Below are positions 25,962-39,099 of a stretch of 64,000 nt of DNA, piece after piece (the first letter of the stretch is position 1; every line of letters begins with the position of its first letter). The stretch is from Anaeramoeba ignava BMAN. Its lineage: Eukaryota; Protista; Anaeramoebae. The notes below the pieces were generated by a model. It had not been told where the DNA came from. It did no database searches and was given only the letters and a program-made list of their open reading frames with translations. The position numbers and the translations under genes are program-made. The DNA lies in contig JAPDFW010000058.1 of the NCBI GenBank assembly GCA_028826165.1, positions 434,001 to 498,000 on the forward strand. Direction: 5' to 3'.

Positions 25962-28420
25962 ATGAAAAATCAATTCAACCCATCAAACTTTTCAAATTAT
26001 GAAATGAATAATTTTAATGAAACACTTTGTAAAACTGAAATTGAAACTGAAAATTCACAACAAATTTCATTAATAGCAAGTTTATTTGAAAAAAATTCTT
26101 CTTTGTTTAAATTTTCTGATTCAATTGATTCAAAATCAGTTTTGGATGAATCCAATTTAAATCTTTTAAAATATGTTTTGTTAAGAAATTGGATTGAGGA
26201 GGTTAATTTGAAAACATCACAAGTTAATTCTGGTTTCATAGAACCATCTCAAAAGGATTTACTGTAAGTATTTTATTTTTGATTTTTTTTTTGGATTGTT
26301 CAAAAAAATTTCAATTAAAAATCAAAATATAAAAAATAAAAAATAAAAATAAATAAATATAAATATAAATATAAATATAAATATAAATATAAATATAAAT
26401 ATAAATATAAATATAAATATAAATACAAATATAAATATAAATATAAATATAAATATAAATATAAATATAAATATAAATATAAATATAAATAAATATAAAT
26501 ATTAATATAAATATAAATATAAATATAAATATAAATCTAAATATAAATATAAATATAAATATAAATATAAATATAAATATAAATATAAATATAAATATAA
26601 ATATAAATATAAATATAAATATAAATATAAATATAAATATAAATATAAATATAATAGTGAAAAAGTATCAACGTTCCAATTACCTTTCAATCATAAAATA
26701 AATTGGTATCATCTTAATTTTGAAGAACTTGAACGAATTGGAACAGGAGGTTTTGGAAGTGTTTATAGATCAAGACATGTAATTGATGGAATTGATTATG
26801 CAATTAAAAAAATACCATTAAAATTTCAACAGCTTCAACAATCATTAAAAGAAGCGCAATGCCTTGCTATTTCAATCAAAAATAAATTGCAATCATCTTA
26901 ATATATTAGATCACCCGAATGTTATACGTTATTATAGTGTAAAATATTAAAAATAATAAAAATATTTAAATTAAAATTATAATAAAAATATTTAAATTAA
27001 AATTATAATAAAAATATTTAAATTTAAATTAATAAAAATATTTAAATTAAATTTAAATTTAAATTATAATAAATATTTAAATTAGGTTTGGCTTGATATC
27101 AAAGATGATACAACAGTTTCAGTCCCAAAAAGTCCATCAACTGAAGATTTCCAAGAAAGTTTTAATACAGAAAACGAAACAGGACCACAAATAGATTTTC
27201 CGAATTGGAAAGATCCAAGTTTTGAGGTTGTATTTCGTGATTACGAAAATTACAACAACAGCAATAACGATGAGATAATATTTGGGGACAAAAACAACAG
27301 CATGATATTTGAAGCAGATAATATACAAGCGGAACATGCAATGGAGATCAAAAAAGACGATCAATATAACAAATCCGAAGATTTTTCATTTGAATATTCA
27401 AGCGATCAAGATCCAGTTGATTTCTACAATTACAAAATGGAAAAAAGCGACTGCATTTTATACATTCAAATGGAGTTATGCCGAGCAAAAACGCTTCGGG
27501 ATTGGCTTGAAAATTACGACCGCAAAGTTGATATTTTTGAAGTGAAGAAAATATTCAAACAAATTCTTGAAGGGATGAAGCATTGTCATCAACAGAACGT
27601 GATCCATCGCGATCTGAAGCCGGATAATATATTCATCACTTCTGATCTTAATATCAAAATAGCTGATTTTGGACTCTCACGTTCGTTGGAAAAAAATCAC
27701 TTTAAAAATACCCGCAATAATGAAGGGTTTCAATCTGCTTGCGGTTGTGGTACTATTTTATATTCTAGTCCTGAACAACTTTTTCAAAGCAATTCTTGTG
27801 ATTCAACAACTGATGTTTATTCTCTTGGAATTATCCTTTTTGAGCTTCTTTATCCTTTTAGAACTCAAATGGAAAGAGTTAAATTAATTAAATCTCTTCG
27901 AGATCATTATATTCTTCCAGAAGAGATTTCTCAGGAATATCCTGAAGTAAATATATAAAATATAAATATAAATATTTAAATATTTAAAATATAAACATAT
28001 AAATATAAAATATAAATATAAATATAAATATAAATATAAATAATATAAATATAAATATTTAAAATATAAATATTTAAAATATAAATATAAATATTTAAAA
28101 TATAAATATTTAAAATATAAATAATATAAATATAAACATAAATATTTAAAATATAAATATGAAATACAAAAAAATTTACTAAAATTCTACTCTTTTGTTT
28201 TTCTTGTTAGTTTGCTAATTTAATTCTCCAAATGGTTTCATATAGTCCTTCTACAAGACCAACTTGCTCTCAAATTTTAAAAAATAAACTCTTCCTTGAT
28301 CAAGACCAACAAGAAATGCAATTTATTAAACAAAAAATTCAAGAAAAACGAAAACAAATTAAGGAATTAAAAAACATGGTGAAACTTTTGGAATCAGAAT
28401 TAAATTGTAATAACATGTAG
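25962..28420 (+). CDS. eIF2alpha kinase, HRI-like; exons 25962-26263, 26658-~26868, ~26903-26938, 27086-27946, 28211-28420
   Basis: FEELERIGTGGFGSVY, YAIKKI, LDHPNVIRYYSVWLD, kinase insert, LYIQMELC..TLRDWL, HRDLKPDNIF, PFRTQMER and an HRI-like C-terminal coiled coil; the junction at 26869-26902 is anomalous. Confidence 0.88.
26350..26655 (+). repeat. (AAATAT)n intronic microsatellite
   Basis: Near-perfect hexamer array in intron 1 of the eIF2alpha kinase. Confidence 0.95.
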
Positions 28421-28662
28421 TTCGGTTTTTGTTTTTTTTTTACCAAATTTTTTTTCAGAATCTTTTTTCAATTCGATTCTTTTTTTTTTTGTTCTTCTTT
28501 TCATTCTTTTTTTCTTGTTTCTTGTTTCTTTTTTTCTTTGTTCTCCTTTTGATGTGTCTAAAAAAAAATTAGTAAACAAAAAAAAAATCTGAAAAAAAAA
28601 AGTTTGTTGTTTATTTTTTGGATTTGTAAAGAGAAGAAAAAAGCAAAAAATGAAATTTAATT

Positions 28663-30885
28663 TTAATTTTGATTTTGATTTTGATTTTGATTTTGATTTT
28701 GATTTGGATTTGAATTTGAATTTGAATTTTGATTTGGATTTTGATTTGGATTTGGATTTGGATTTTCATCTTCAATTTCTAATTTTGTTGGAATAATAAA
28801 ATCATTTTTCAAAATTTGTCTAGCAATTTCAAAATTTCCTTTTGCAATGTAAATATAAACTAAAGAAAGTAAAGCAATTTTATTAGTAGGATCATTTTCA
28901 AAAACAACACTAATCCATTTTTCAGCTTCATCTAAATTCTTATTCATAATGAAAACACAAGCTAAATTTATATAAATAATAGAACTGCCAAAAGGAGAAA
29001 CAAGATCATTAAGTTGGAAAATACGACTTGAATCATAGTCTTCACGAATAACAATTTGATTTTCGAATTTTTGGATATCAAGTTGCAAAACTGATTCTCT
29101 CAATTCAAAACTTTTCTCAAGATGTTCAAGTGCAGATTGTTGGTTGTTTAACAAACAAAATATTTTGGAAAGATAAATATTAGATAAGAAATGATTGACT
29201 GTATCAGGAATTCTCATTTGAAAAAAATGAACGAGGCTTCTGAATGCTGAGAACATATTATCTTGACATAGATAAATATATGCGAGTAATAAATAAGCTT
29301 TTCCCAAATCAAAATTTATTGAATCAAGTGTTGATTCTCTCCATTTTAAATCATCGTTTGATTTTTCTCCTCGATTTCTTTTTATAAACAAATTATATTC
29401 TTTTGAAATATTTGGATTATTTTGTTCTAATGATTCAAGGTGTGATTTAATTTGTAGTGATAAATGTATTGCGTTTTGGCAATATCTTCTTGCAGATTCA
29501 AGTGACATTTCTTCTTCTTCATCTTTATCTTCTTTTTCTTGTTGTATTTGTTTTGATTTATTTTTGGCTTCTTTTGATTTTTTTTCATTTTGCAATTTTA
29601 TTGAATGTTTTTGAAGCATTCTTTTTATTCTTAAGCTTTGGTTCTGGATATTATAATCTGTTTTAACAAGGATTCGTTGATTTTTCCCTTTCCCAATAAT
29701 TGCACGGATATTTGATTGATTATCCTGAAGTTCTTCTTGTTTTTCAATCAATGAAATGTTATGAATACAACATTCTGCAAGTCTCAACCAAATTCTTGGT
29801 TTATTATAAAAAAGTGGAAGAGATTTATAAAAGGCTCTAAATGCTTGAACAGGTGATTTTTGGAATAGCATTGCAAGACCGATATTGTAATATATTTTAT
29901 GCTGCATTATTTTCAAATGATTAATATTTGCTTGCGTTTCAATTTTTGTTTGATAATTTCCATTTTGATTTAACTCATTTAATTTTTGCTTTTGGATTTT
30001 CATTAAATTCCCATTTTCAACTAAAGCTTTTTTAAAATGAAATAGTGCTATTCCTGGTTTTTTGTTTTTTAAAGAAATTGCACCAGCAGTATTATCATAT
30101 ATCAGATTCAAATGCGTATTTTCTTTGTGCTGGTTATGGAAAGATAAATTGAGTGATTTTGCTTGAGTTAAATTATTTTTTTGGAATTCCATTTTGATAT
30201 TCAATAAATCGATTGAAATTTTATCATTTATAATTTCTTGATTTTGATTTTGATTTCCATTTTGATTTTCAACTTGTATTTTTGGAGAACTTTGGTTTGA
30301 GTTGTTTTTCAAATCTTTTCCATTATTAACTTTCTTTTCTTTTGATTTCATTTCTGAGTTCATTTTATTAATTGTTGATTCCACAATTTGAAAATCTTTT
30401 TTTGCCAAACAAAACTCTGCATTTAGAAATTTAAACTGTTTTTCCAAATCAATTAAAACAGATTTCATTTGCTGGATTGATAAAATATTGAAAGATTTTC
30501 TTTTTTCTTGATTTTGTAATAATTTTCCTTTTTCTTTAATTAATTCTCTATCTAGATTATTTTTCAAATAATAAATAACTTGAGCAGCAACATCAATTTT
30601 GTTTTGTTTAATATAAATTTTCAACAATTTCATAGAAACTTCAAATTGAAGTTCTGGATATTCAGGAGGTATTTTGTCAAAAATTTCTTCAAATAATTTT
30701 TCTGATTCTTCATAATTTTTCACTTGAAATTTTTCTATTGCTTCTTTATATTGCCATTTGATTGGATTTAATACTTGTGTATTTTCTTTTTTTTCGTTTG
30801 TGTTTTGTGTTCTTTTTGTTTGTGGTTGTTTTTTGTTTTGATTCCGATTTGTTTCTTTTGTTTTTGTATTTCTGTTATTACTCAT
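28663..30885 (-). CDS. CNOT10: CCR4-NOT complex subunit 10 (TPR-like)
   Basis: YNIGLAMLFQKSPVQAFRAF...LFYNKPRIWLRLAECCI family motif; intact 740-aa ORF. Confidence 0.85.
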   Translation of the reverse strand: MSNNRNTKTKETNRNQNKKQPQTKRTQNTNEKKENTQVLNPIKWQYKEAIEKFQVKNYEESEKLFEEIFDKIPPEYPELQFEVSMKLLKIYIKQNKIDVAAQVIYYLKNNLDRELIKEKGKLLQNQEKRKSFNILSIQQMKSVLIDLEKQFKFLNAEFCLAKKDFQIVESTINKMNSEMKSKEKKVNNGKDLKNNSNQSSPKIQVENQNGNQNQNQEIINDKISIDLLNIKMEFQKNNLTQAKSLNLSFHNQHKENTHLNLIYDNTAGAISLKNKKPGIALFHFKKALVENGNLMKIQKQKLNELNQNGNYQTKIETQANINHLKIMQHKIYYNIGLAMLFQKSPVQAFRAFYKSLPLFYNKPRIWLRLAECCIHNISLIEKQEELQDNQSNIRAIIGKGKNQRILVKTDYNIQNQSLRIKRMLQKHSIKLQNEKKSKEAKNKSKQIQQEKEDKDEEEEMSLESARRYCQNAIHLSLQIKSHLESLEQNNPNISKEYNLFIKRNRGEKSNDDLKWRESTLDSINFDLGKAYLLLAYIYLCQDNMFSAFRSLVHFFQMRIPDTVNHFLSNIYLSKIFCLLNNQQSALEHLEKSFELRESVLQLDIQKFENQIVIREDYDSSRIFQLNDLVSPFGSSIIYINLACVFIMNKNLDEAEKWISVVFENDPTNKIALLSLVYIYIAKGNFEIARQILKNDFIIPTKLEIEDENPNPNPNQNPNQNSNSNSNPNQNQNQNQNQNQN

Positions 30886-31031
30886 TTTTTTTTATTTAAA
30901 AGAATTTAAAAATAAAAATGAAAAAAATGAAAAAAATGAAAAAATTAAAAAAAAATTTATTTTCATTTTTTTTTCAAAATTAAAAATAAATAAAAATCAA
31001 AATTAAATTAAAATTAAACAAACAAAATTAA

Positions 31032-32554
31032 ATGGAAAAAGAAAAACAAACGAAATCAAGTGATAAATCAAGTGATAAATCAAGTGACATTGATAATAAA
31101 AGTGATAATGAAAATGATAATAAAAGTGATAATGAAAATGATAATAAAAGTGATAATGAAAATGATAATGAAAATGATAATCAAAGTGATAATGAAAATG
31201 ATAATGAAAATGATAATAAAATTGATAATGAAATTGATAATGAAATTGATAATGAAATTGATAATAAAATTAATAATGAAATTGATAATGAAAGTGATAA
31301 TGATAAATCAAGTGACATTGATAATGAAATTGATAATAATAAATCAAGTGATAAATCAAGTGATAATGATAATGATAAATCGAGTGACATTGATAATAAT
31401 GAAATTGATAATCAAATTGACAATAATAATGAAATTGATAATAATGAAATTGATAATCAAATTGACAATAATAATGAAATTGATAATAATAATGAAATTG
31501 ATAATGAAATTGATAATGAAATTGATAATGAAATTGATAATGAAATTGATAATAAATCAATTAAAAATTCAAATCAAAATTCAAAAAATTCAAAAAATTC
31601 AATTAAAAATTCATTAGAAAATGAAAACAAAAACCTTAAACAAAAAATCCAAAAACTCCAAGAAGAAAAATCTAAATTATTAATTGATAACCAAAAATCT
31701 TCTCAAATCAAAAAAACTTTAGAAAAAACTTTTAAAGAAAATAAAAATTTAAAACAACAAATTCAAGAAAAAAATGAAGAAATTGAAAAACAACAAGAAA
31801 ATTTTGATTCTTTTGTTGAACAAAATTATAATATGTCTCAAGAAATCGAACATTTAAAAGAAAAACTTCTTAAAAAGAAAAATTTCAAAAATATCTCAAG
31901 AATTCAATAAAAATCACTTGAAGAAGAAATCAAAAAAGAAACTGAATATTTATTACAACAACTTGATGAACAAAATGAAAGAATAATTGATCTTGAAAAT
32001 GATTTGGAATCAAAAAATGCAAAAATTAAAAAACTCAGAGAAAAACTTAAAAAATTCCCAAAAAATTCAAATCAAAATCAAGAAATTATAAATGATAAAA
32101 TTGTTCCAAATATTTCTCAAAAATTCTGAAATTTCAAAATTAACAAAAAGAATCAATGATTATCAAATTGCTGTTAATCAATTAACTCAAAAATATTGAA
32201 CTAACAAATCAAATTTCTAAAATGAAATATTCAAATCAAGAAAATTCTTCATTTAATCCAAAAAACAAAAAAATTGTATTTGATAAAAATTCCAAAATTA
32301 TTCAAAATCAAAATTCAAATCAAATTTCAAATTCAAATTTAAAACAAAAAAAATCAAAAAAGAAAAAATCAAATTATCAACAAAATGATGATTTAGTTTA
32401 TTTAAAAAATGTTTTATTGAAATATTTTGAAAACCAAGAAGAAAATCAACATTTATTCAATGTTATTTTAACAGTTTTAAAATTTACAGAAGAAGAAAAG
32501 AAAAAAGTTTCTCAATTAAAAGAAAAAAAGAAAAAATCAAGTTGGTTTTGGTAA
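31032..32554 (+). CDS. GRIP-domain golgin (acidic DNEI repeats, coiled coil); apparent frameshifts in A-runs near 31875-31910, 32120 and 32195
   Basis: C-terminal YLKNVLLKYF...LFNVILTVLKFTEEE...SSWFW GRIP signature; coiled-coil sequence continues across the ORF breaks. Confidence 0.8.
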
Positions 32555-32674
32555 AATTTTTTAATAAGAAATTTGAATTAAAAAAAATCAGACAACTTAT
32601 TATTTTTTTAATTAAAAATTCGGAAAAAAATTTTTTTCATTTTTTTCCTTTTCATTCTTTTTTTTTTAATTAAT

Positions 32675-35600
32675 ATGAAAAAGTTTATTTTTTGTCTTGA
32701 TAATTCAAAAAAAACAAAACAAGAATCTTTATATTTAAAAGAGCAAAAAAATTTAATAAATCATTTTATAAATTTTTTAAATACTCAAAAAATTATTTTT
32801 AAAATTGGAATTATAAATTTAACAAAAACAACAATTAGATTGAATAATTTCACAAAAAATGAAACTAAAATTGCAAATTCACTTGAAAAAATAAAACTTG
32901 TCAAGAGAAAATATAAAATAGATGAATATCTTAAAGAAATTATAGATTTATTAAAGAAAATTGATGAAGATTTTTTTCAAACTCAAATTTTTATTTTTAT
33001 TTCTCATAATATTTCTTTTTCTCAAAATTTCTCTCTTGATTTGAATCAAAAAAATCAAATTAAAATCATTGATTTTATTCCTCAATCTAGAAAGATTGAA
33101 CTTTCAAATTTATTCAAAAATGCTAATTTTAATTATGAAGTTCTTCCTTTTTCTCAACAGGATTCTTTTGGAAAAAAATTTTTTCAAAAGTTGATTTCTT
33201 CTAAAAAATCTAAAAAATCAAATTCAAAACCTAAATCAAAACCTAAATCTAAATCTAATTCAAAACCTAAATCTAAATCTAATTCAAAACCTAAACCTAA
33301 TTCAAATTCAAAAACTAAATCAAAACCTAATTCAAATTCAAAATCTAATTCAAAACCTAAATCTAATTCAAAACTTAAATCTAAAAAATCAAATTCAAAA
33401 CCTAAATCAAAACCTAAATCTAAATCTAATTCAAAACCTAATTCAAAACTTAAATCTAATTCAAAACCTAAATCTAATTCAAAACCTAAATCTAATTCAA
33501 AACTTAAATCTAATTCAAAACCTAAATCTAATTCAAAACCTAAATCTAATTCAAAACTTAAATCTAAATCAGAATCTAATTCAAAATCTAAATCTAAATC
33601 TAAATCAGAATCTAATTCAAAATCTAAATCTAAATCTAAATCTAATTCAAAACCTAAATCTAATTCAAAACCTAAATCTAATTCAAAACTTAAATCTAAT
33701 TCAAAACCTAAATCTAAAATCAAAACTTAAATCTCAAAAAAAAATCCAAATTCAAAAACCAAAATCAAAATTCAAAACTAAAAAAATCTAAAATCTAAAT
33801 CAAAATTCAAAATTCTAAATTCAAAATCTAAAAATCAGAATTCAAAACATAAATCTAAATCTAATTCAAAACCTAAATCTAAATCTAAATCAAAATCAAA
33901 ATCTAAATCAAAATCTAAATCAAAATCTAAATCAACTTCAAAATCAAAATCAACTTCAAAATCAAAATCAATTTCAAAATCTAATTCAAAATCTAAATCT
34001 AATTCAAAATCAAAATCAAAATCTAAATCAACTTCAAAATCAAAATCAAAATCAAAATCAACTTCAAAATCAAAATCTAAATCAACTTCAAAATCAATAT
34101 CTAAATCAACTTCAAAATCAAAATCAATTTCAAAATCAACTTCAAAATCAAAATCAATATCTAAATCAACTTCAAAATCTAAATCAACTTCAAAATCAAT
34201 ATCTAAATCAACTTCAAAATCAAAATCTAAATCTAAATCAACTTCAAAATCAAAATCAACTTCAAAATCAAAATCTAAATCAAAATCAACTTCAAAATCA
34301 AAATCAACTTCAAAATCAAAATCTACTTCAAAATCAACTTCAAAATCAAAATCAAAATCTAAATCAACTTCAAAATCAAAATCAAAATCAACTTCAAAAA
34401 TCAAATCTAAAATCAATATCTAAAATCAAAATCAAAATCAAAATCAACTTCAAAATCAACTTCAAAATCAATATCTAAATCAAAACCAACTTCAAAATCA
34501 AAATCAATTTCAAAATCTAAATCAACTTCAAAATCAAAATCAAAACCAACTTCAAAATCAAAATCAAAATCAATTTCAAAATCTAAATCAACTTCAAAAT
34601 CAAAATCAATTTCAAAATCTAAATCAACTTCAAAATCAAAATCTAAATCAGAATCTAAATCTAAATCAGAATCTAAATCAGAATCTAAATCTAAATCTAA
34701 ATCTAAATCAGAATCAAAATCTAAATCAACTTCAAAATCAAAATCTAAATCAACTTCAAAATCAATATCTAAATCAACTTCAAAATCAACTTCAAAATCA
34801 ACTTCAAAATCAAAATCAATATCTAAATCAATTTCAAAATCAAAATCAACTTCAAAATCAAAATCAATTTCAGAATCAAAATCAATATCTAAATCAACTT
34901 CAAAATCAAAATCAACTTCAAAATCTAAATCTAAATCTAAATCAAAATCAACTTCAAAATCAACTTCAAAATCAAAATCAAAATCTAAATCAACTTCAAA
35001 ATCAATATCTAAATCAAAATCAACTTCAAAATCTAAATCTAAATCAACTTCAAAATCAAAATCAAAATCAAAATCTAAATCTAAATCTAAATCAAAATCA
35101 AAATCAGAATCTAATAAATCTAAATCTAAATCTAAATCTAAAATCAAATCAAAATCAAAATCAAATTCAAAATCAAAATCTAAATCAAAAATCAAAATCA
35201 AAATCAAAATCAAAAATCAAAATCAAATCTTCAAAATCAAAATCAAAATCAAAAATCAAAAACTTCAAAATCAAAAAAATCAACTTTCAAAATCAAATCA
35301 AAATCAAAAAATATTAAAATCAAAATCAAAATCTAAAATCAAAATCAAAAAATCAAATCAAAATCAAAAATCAAATCAAAATTCAAATCAAAATCAAATC
35401 TAAAAATCTAAAAAATCTAAATCTAAATCAAAATCAAAATCAAAATCAATATCTAAATCAACTTCAAAATCAAAATCTAAATCAACTTCAAAATCAACTT
35501 CAAAATCAAAATCAACTTCAAAATCAAAATCAAAATCAAAATCAAAATCAAAATCAACTTCAACTTCAACTTCAACTTCTAAATCTAAATCAGAATCAGA

Positions 35601-36590
35601 TTCAAAACTAAAATCAAATAATGAAAATAAAAATTCTATAAAAAATATAATTATTGAAACAATATCAGAAACAATATCAGAATCAACTTCAGAATCTAAA
35701 TCTAAATCTAAATCAAAATCTAAATCAAAATCTAAATCTAAATCTAAATCTAAATCTAAATCTAAATCTAAATCTAAATCTAAATCTAAATCTAAATCTA
35801 AATCTAAATCTAAATCTAAATCTGAATCTAAATCTAAATCTAAATCTAAATCGGATCCTCAATTAAAAAAAGAAACTATTAACCAAAAATCTAGTACCAA
35901 TTATTTCGAGAAATCAAATATTTTTGATTATTTAGGGATAGATTTAACACCACTTGAAATTATTGTAAAAAATTGGGATGAAATTGAACCCAAATTCAGA
36001 TCTATTGAAAGTGAATTAAATAATTTAGAAACAAAAATATTGAAACAAAACTTATCTTTCGAAATTGATCAATATATCGTTTTAACCTCTGATATTATTA
36101 ATCAATTGAATAAACTCTTAGACCAAATGTATCAACAAATCAAAATATTTGAATCGCAATCACAAGAAATTTTAGAAAATCAAGAAATGTTTTTTGATCA
36201 AACAAAAATAAATGAAGCAATTCAAGAAATATTTCAAGCAATTGATTTTGCTAATAATAAAAAAAACCTTTTAACTCAGGCATTACAAAAAGCATTCGAA
36301 ATTAACGAACAATTAAATATTCAATCAAATACAAATCAAATTTCACAAAAACTGAATACTAATATTGACTCTTCAACGAAAAATAAACAGGATCCTAAAT
36401 TTATTATTGACGAACCTTATTCTGATATTGATATTGATGATGATACTGATGTTGAACCTGATTCTAATTCTAATTCTAATTCTAATTCTAATTCTAATTT
36501 AATTCTGATGGTGAAAATATTATCTATGATGAAAAATATGCCAATTCTTTAAATGTTTTTGAAAAAACTGAAAATTCTGATAAAGATTAA
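32675..36590 (+). CDS. Hypothetical protein: vWA-like N-terminus, very long Ser-Lys repeat, helical/acidic C-terminus; interrupted by probable indel errors
   Basis: [11 protein letters not shown] resembles vWA strand 1; no clear GT-AG bounding the repeat; unique coding sequence resumes at ~35850 and ends with TAA at 36590. Confidence 0.55.
33200..35850 (+). repeat. (TCAAAA/TCTAAA/TCAACT)n mosaic encoding SK/ST/SN dipeptides
   Basis: Visible; long stop-free stretches on both strands. Confidence 0.9.
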
Positions 36591-36690
36591 AAAATTTTTA
36601 TTTTAATTGAAATTTTTGGATTGAAATATTTCTTGAATTAAAAAAAAAAAGGAATTGATTTTTTGAATTGATTTTTTGATTTTTTGATTT

Positions 36691-38997
36691 TTAATTGTTT
36701 TTGAATCGATTTAATTCCTTTTCAACATTTTTACGAATTTCATCTCTTCCTTTTTTCTTATCAGATAAAACATCTTGAAAGAATTGATTAAAAGTATCAG
36801 TTCTTGATGATCTGTTTGAATGTCTTGAATCTCTTTTTTTTGTTGAACTTTTAAGTCTTTCTTGAAGTTGTTTTGTGACATCAGTTGAATCAAAAGAAGT
36901 TTGAGATAAAGTAGTTTTTTTTGGAGTTTCATACATTTTAGAAGTAAGACGAGAACTTTTCAAAATTGATTTAACAGGTGTTTTTGAGATTGGTTTAAAT
37001 GGTGAAGTTGGTGAAGAAGTTGTTGTTGTTAATTCTTCTGACATAACTTTTAAAAACTCTTGATCATCAAGACAAACAACTTCTGAAGTTTGTTCTTCGT
37101 TTTTCTTTATAAATAAGAAAGAAAAAGGTGAAAAAAATTTTTTTTTTAATTTGGAATTCGGAACTTTTTTTTTTTTGCTTATTTAATTTTTACTTCTTTT
37201 GGTTTTGTATTTGGAATTGCTTCATTATAAGGTGTGCTTTCATTTAATTCATTTGTATTCATTGTTAATAATTTAATTTTAGCATCAGAATCCCAACCGA
37301 TTGGAATAAAAATTCTTTCTCTTTCAATAATTTGGGCTTTATAATTAAATTCAAATCCATATAATAAATGAAGAATATAATCCTTAAAAATAGATAAATT
37401 GTAATCTTCTTTTCCTGAAATATAAACTAAACCAGCTCCATCTTTAATTAATAAAATATTTATTTTTAAATATTTATTTTTCAATCTTATTTTTTTCTTT
37501 CTTTATTATTTTTTTTTTACAATTAAGACACATTCTTCTTATTTTTGCTTGAACATATGACCAAATTGAATCTGTAAATCGATACTTTCTTTCATAATCT
37601 GATATGATATCAGATTTAGAACAAGCAACAATAATTGGAATTCCCAAATTATGTATTAAAACATCTTTTGGAAGCTCAATTATTGTTTCTTTTGATAATT
37701 TTGATAATTTTGGTTGAATAATAGTTTTTGGAGTTGAGAAAGATTTTTCTCCATCAGGTTCTTTATAACTTTTCCATAACGAAACCACTTAAATTTTAGA
37801 ATTTTAATTTTAATTTTGATTTAAATTTTAATTTTAAATTTTGATTTTAATTTTATAAATGAATTTTAATTTTAATTTTAATTTTAATTTTTTAATTTTA
37901 ATTTTTAATTTTAATTTTTAATTTTTAAATGAATTTTAATTTTTAATTTTAATTTTAATTTTAATTTTAATTTTAATTTTAATTTTAATTTTTATAAATT
38001 TTAATTTTAATTTTAATTTTAAATTTTAATTTTATAAATGAATTTTATAAATGAATTTTAATTTTAATTTTAATTTTAATTTTATAAATGAATTTTAATT
38101 TTAATTTTTAAATGAATTTTAATTTTTAAATAATTTTAATTTTAATTTTTATAAATGAATTTTAATTTTTAATTTTAATTTTTAATTTTTTAAATGAATT
38201 TTAATTTTAATTTTAATTTTAATTTTAATATAAATTTTAATTTTAATTTTAATTATAATTTTAATTTTAAATTTTAATTTTAATTTTAATTTTAATTTTA
38301 ATTTTAATTTTAATATTAATTTTTTACATCGATTTTTCATTTCTTGTTCATTCATTGCATAAGAAAAAACTTTTCCCATTGCATATTCAATAATTTTTAA
38401 CCAATATTCAAGATCTGAAAGAAGATTCCAAACATCACTTAAATCAAGCATAATTACAACAACTAAATTTTTTGCTGTATTTGGTGTAATTGAAAATTGT
38501 AAAAGATCTTTATGAACTTCTCCATTTTCTAATTGCCAAATATCAGTTCTTGAAACAACATCTTGATTTTAAATTAAAAATGAAAAATTTAAATTAATTT
38601 TTAAATTGATTTTTAATTTTAATTTTTATTTTTAATTTTAATTTTTAAAATTTTTAATTTTTAATTTATTAATTTAAATACCTTCAATATCATCTTCATT
38701 TGAACGAACTTCAAGATAAGAATAATCTAATGCAATTCCTTCTCTAAATTCATTTTTATCTCTTTCACAAAATCTAGATAAAAATGTTGATTTTCCTGAA
38801 CTTTTTTTGCCTTTTTTATTTTTAATTTAAATTTTAAAATTTTAATTTTTTTTTAATAAAATAATAAAAATAAATTATTAACCTAAAACAACTAAAGTTG
38901 TTGTATCTAATGTTTTGGTTTTTCTTGCTCTAACTTCATTAAGAATTTTCTCCCAAATTCCTGTTTCTGTTTCAACTGTTTCAAATCTAACTGACAT
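36691..38997 (-). CDS. DYNC1LI: Cytoplasmic dynein 1 light intermediate chain, 6 exons
   Basis: GIWEKILNEV, LVVLGKKSSGKST P-loop, GIALDYSYLEV, VIMLDLS, HNLGIPIIVACSKSD, IRRMCLNYGAGLVY, IFIPIGWDS, FFQDVL helix; GT-AG introns join in frame. Confidence 0.92.
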
Positions 38998-39099
38998 TTT
39001 TTATTAAAAAGAAATAATTTGAAATAATAAAAAATGAAAAAAAATGAATTTTTTATTTTTTAAAAAAATTTTTTTCCTTTTATTTTAAATTTGGAAAAA

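Noticed and set aside
31870-31920. In-frame TAA in the golgin suggesting stop-codon reassignment or readthrough
   Set aside because: Two compensating A-run indels give a natural reading (KEKFQKYLKNSIKSLEEE), and TAA is the normal terminator in most genes here.
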